A stretch of DNA of 64,000 bases from an uncultured Acidimicrobiia bacterium (GTDB lineage: Bacteria; Actinomycetota; Acidimicrobiia; IMCC26256; JAENVU01), in contig CAWDDH010000003.1 of NCBI GenBank assembly GCA_963801105.1, forward strand, positions 309,135 through 373,134. Direction: 5' to 3'. The translations under genes and the position numbers were made by a program. A model generated the notes under the pieces. The model was not told the DNA's origin. It made no database searches and was given only the letters and a program-made list of their open reading frames with translations. Within the stretch, counting starts at the first letter, position 1; each line of letters begins with the position of its first letter. Shown here one piece after another: positions 62,072-64,000 of the stretch.

Positions 62072-64000
62072 CTAGTCCTTGAGCAGCCAGGCTCGGACCT
62101 GCGCCTCGTGGTCGACGAAGTGCTCGCCGGTCACATCGACGATGACCTTCTCGATCGTGCCACCCGTGAACGCGAAGGTCCCGCGGTCGGCGTAGTCCGG
62201 GGTCACCGGCGACGCGCTGTCCCGGCCGACGCAGATCCCGTCACCGATCAGACAGAAGTTCCCGGGCTGGGTGACGATCTCGCCCGAACCGACCGCCTCG
62301 TTGTCGACGTAGAGCGTGGCGGTCCCGGTGAAGCCCGGTTGCTTCGGATCGCTGGACGGCGCGCTGACGACGAACTCGACCGTGAGGACGTGACGACCCT
62401 GCGTGAGCTCACGCTCGGCTTCGATGGTCTGGAGGTAGGTCCCGACCCAGTTGAAGCAATACGTCAGCTTGCGGTCCTTCACGTAGAGCGAATGCCCCCC
62501 CGCAACCCCGCCGTGGGCGAACAGCACCCCTGCCGCGTCCGGCGAGTCGAGCACCACTCCTGCCGCGATGGTGTACGAGCGGCCGTTGATCGCGACGCCG
62601 GCGGATTCCGGCACGTCGGCGATGCCGGGGAAGTACTCATAGCGCGAGCGCGCGGGACCACCCTTCGGTCGCTCGGCGAGCACCTGCTCGAGGGCGGTGC
62701 GGTCGTCGAGCGGCAGACCGTTGTAGATCCCGGCGTAGTAGAACCACAGCTGCTCGAGCGCGGCGACGCGGTCGGGATGAGCGGCGGCGACGTTCGTGCT
62801 CTGCGAGCGATCCGTCTCGAGGTGGTAGAGCTCCCACTCGTCCATATCGAACTTGCCCCAACCCGACAGTGGGGGATGCATGGTCGCGGCGAGCCAGCCG
62901 TCGTGATAGATCGAGCGCTGCCCGAGCATCGTGTAGAACTGCGTCGACTTGCCGGGCGCGCCCGCGTCGGTGAGCGCTGATGCGAAGCTCTCGCCCTCGA
63001 TCGGGCTCTGCAGGTACCCTTTGATCGACTCGGGCGGTTCGATCCCGATCAGGTCGTAGACCGTGGGGACGACGTCCACCGCGTGCACGTACTGCTGGCG
63101 CGGGGTCGGATCGGGGGCGATCCTCGCCGGCCACGACACCAGGCACATGTCCGCGACCCCACCCTCGGCACCGGCCCAGCGCTTCCAGTACGGGAAGGGC
63201 GTGTCGAGCGCCCAGGCCCAGCCAGTGTTGTAGTGGTTGTAGGACTTGGCCGAACCGAGCTCGTCGATGTGGTCGAGCGTCACCGCGGGATCGCTCGGCA
63301 GCCCGTTGAAGAACCGCCACTCGTTGAACTCGCCGTTGGGCCCGCCTTCACCGCTGGCGCCGTTGTCGGAGATGACGACCACGATCGTGTTGTCGAGCTG
63401 GCCCGACTCCTCGAGGTAGTCGAGCACCCGCCCCACACGGTCGTCCCAGAACGAGATGTAGCCCGCGAAGACCTCGGCCATCCGCGCGAAGAGGCGCTGC
63501 TCATCCGGGCTCAGCGAATCCCACGGTCGGACGGTGTCGAGCTGGGGCCAGGGCTGCCCGTCGGGACCGGTCCGCTCCGGTTCACCGTGCGGGTTGATCG
63601 GCGACAGCTGGGTTCCCTCGGGCAGGAGACCCATGGCGATCTGGCGTTCGAGGATCTCCGCTCGGATCGCCTCGTACCCACCGTCGAAGCGACCCTTGTA
63701 CCGGTCGATCCACTCGACCGGTGCCTGGTGCGGCGCATGGCCCGCCTGCGGGGCGAGGTACATGAAGAACGGCTTGTCCGGGTCGATCACCTTCGCGTCG
63801 CGGACGAACTCGATCGCCTTCTCCGCGAGGTCGTCGGCGACGTGGTAGCCGTCCTCGGGCCGTCCCGGGGGATCGATCTGGTGGTTGTCGTGGACCAGGT
63901 CCGGATACCAGTTGTTCGTCTCGCCGCCGAGCCAGCCGTAGAACCGCTCGAACCCGCGTCCGAGTGGCCACCGCCCCTTGTAGGCCGCGAGGTTGCACTC
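62072..64000 (-). CDS. arylsulfatase (partial; N-terminus beyond the window end) with C-terminal extra beta-rich domain
   Basis: The frame is open to the window edge, and upstream of the track Met it reads ...YHVADDLAEKAIEFVRDAKVIDPDKPFF. VVISDNGASGEG, YNTGWAWALDTPF and YHDGW are typical of sulfatases. The Cys/Ser-FGly motif lies outside the window. Confidence 0.85.
   Translation of the reverse strand, partial: ECNLAAYKGRWPLGRGFERFYGWLGGETNNWYPDLVHDNHQIDPPGRPEDGYHVADDLAEKAIEFVRDAKVIDPDKPFFMYLAPQAGHAPHQAPVEWIDRYKGRFDGGYEAIRAEILERQIAMGLLPEGTQLSPINPHGEPERTGPDGQPWPQLDTVRPWDSLSPDEQRLFARMAEVFAGYISFWDDRVGRVLDYLEESGQLDNTIVVVISDNGASGEGGPNGEFNEWRFFNGLPSDPAVTLDHIDELGSAKSYNHYNTGWAWALDTPFPYWKRWAGAEGGVADMCLVSWPARIAPDPTPRQQYVHAVDVVPTVYDLIGIEPPESIKGYLQSPIEGESFASALTDAGAPGKSTQFYTMLGQRSIYHDGWLAATMHPPLSGWGKFDMDEWELYHLETDRSQSTNVAAAHPDRVAALEQLWFYYAGIYNGLPLDDRTALEQVLAERPKGGPARSRYEYFPGIADVPESAGVAINGRSYTIAAGVVLDSPDAAGVLFAHGGVAGGHSLYVKDRKLTYCFNWVGTYLQTIEAERELTQGRHVLTVEFVVSAPSSDPKQPGFTGTATLYVDNEAVGSGEIVTQPGNFCLIGDGICVGRDSASPVTPDYADRGTFAFTGGTIEKVIVDVTGEHFVDHEAQVRAWLLKD

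Overview
The window is high-GC (roughly 70% by eye), gene-dense actinobacterial-type chromosomal DNA. Most long ORFs in the six-frame track are Arg/Pro/Gly-rich shadow frames. I kept about 60 CDS that show family motifs, plausible starts or ATGA/GTGA coupling overlaps.

The left third (2.7-20.7 kb) is accessory. One complete initiator-type tRNA-Met (20612..20688, minus) has its 3' 45-47 nt repeated exactly at 8598..8642 and 2772..2818. This delimits two tandem islands with no recognisable integrase.
- Island X (~4.5 kb) carries a class III cyclase-STAND NTPase-TPR protein and a YD-repeat fragment.
- Island Y (~12 kb) carries F420/flavin redox enzymes, VOC enzymes, MarR and TetR regulators and an ABC exporter.
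- An IS481-family element with a frameshifted transposase sits inside the middle att copy with a 15-bp target duplication.
- A conserved ~140-bp arm with paired CAGTAGAAG repeats accompanies the att copies.

The rest is mostly ordinary metabolism:
- a sulfatase/FGE/HAD operon;
- a P450 and hydrolase operon;
- a carbohydrate-type cluster (DUF6807/PmoA-like, a large fusion protein, a His-tailed lipoprotein, an FGGY kinase and a PLP lyase-like enzyme);
- a MacB-type exporter operon;
- a K+ channel.

The best candidates for something new are:
1. the integrase-less att array;
2. a tyrosine-recombinase-like gene with apparently substituted catalytic residues, translationally coupled to a stand-alone diadenylate-cyclase-domain gene and divergent from hsp20 across a perfect AT-rich dif-like palindrome (55332..57319);
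3. a TlpA-like lipoprotein with an in-frame TGA at the first Cys of CxxC, which is either a possible selenoprotein or a pseudogene.

All homology calls come from motif recognition by eye. No database search was run.
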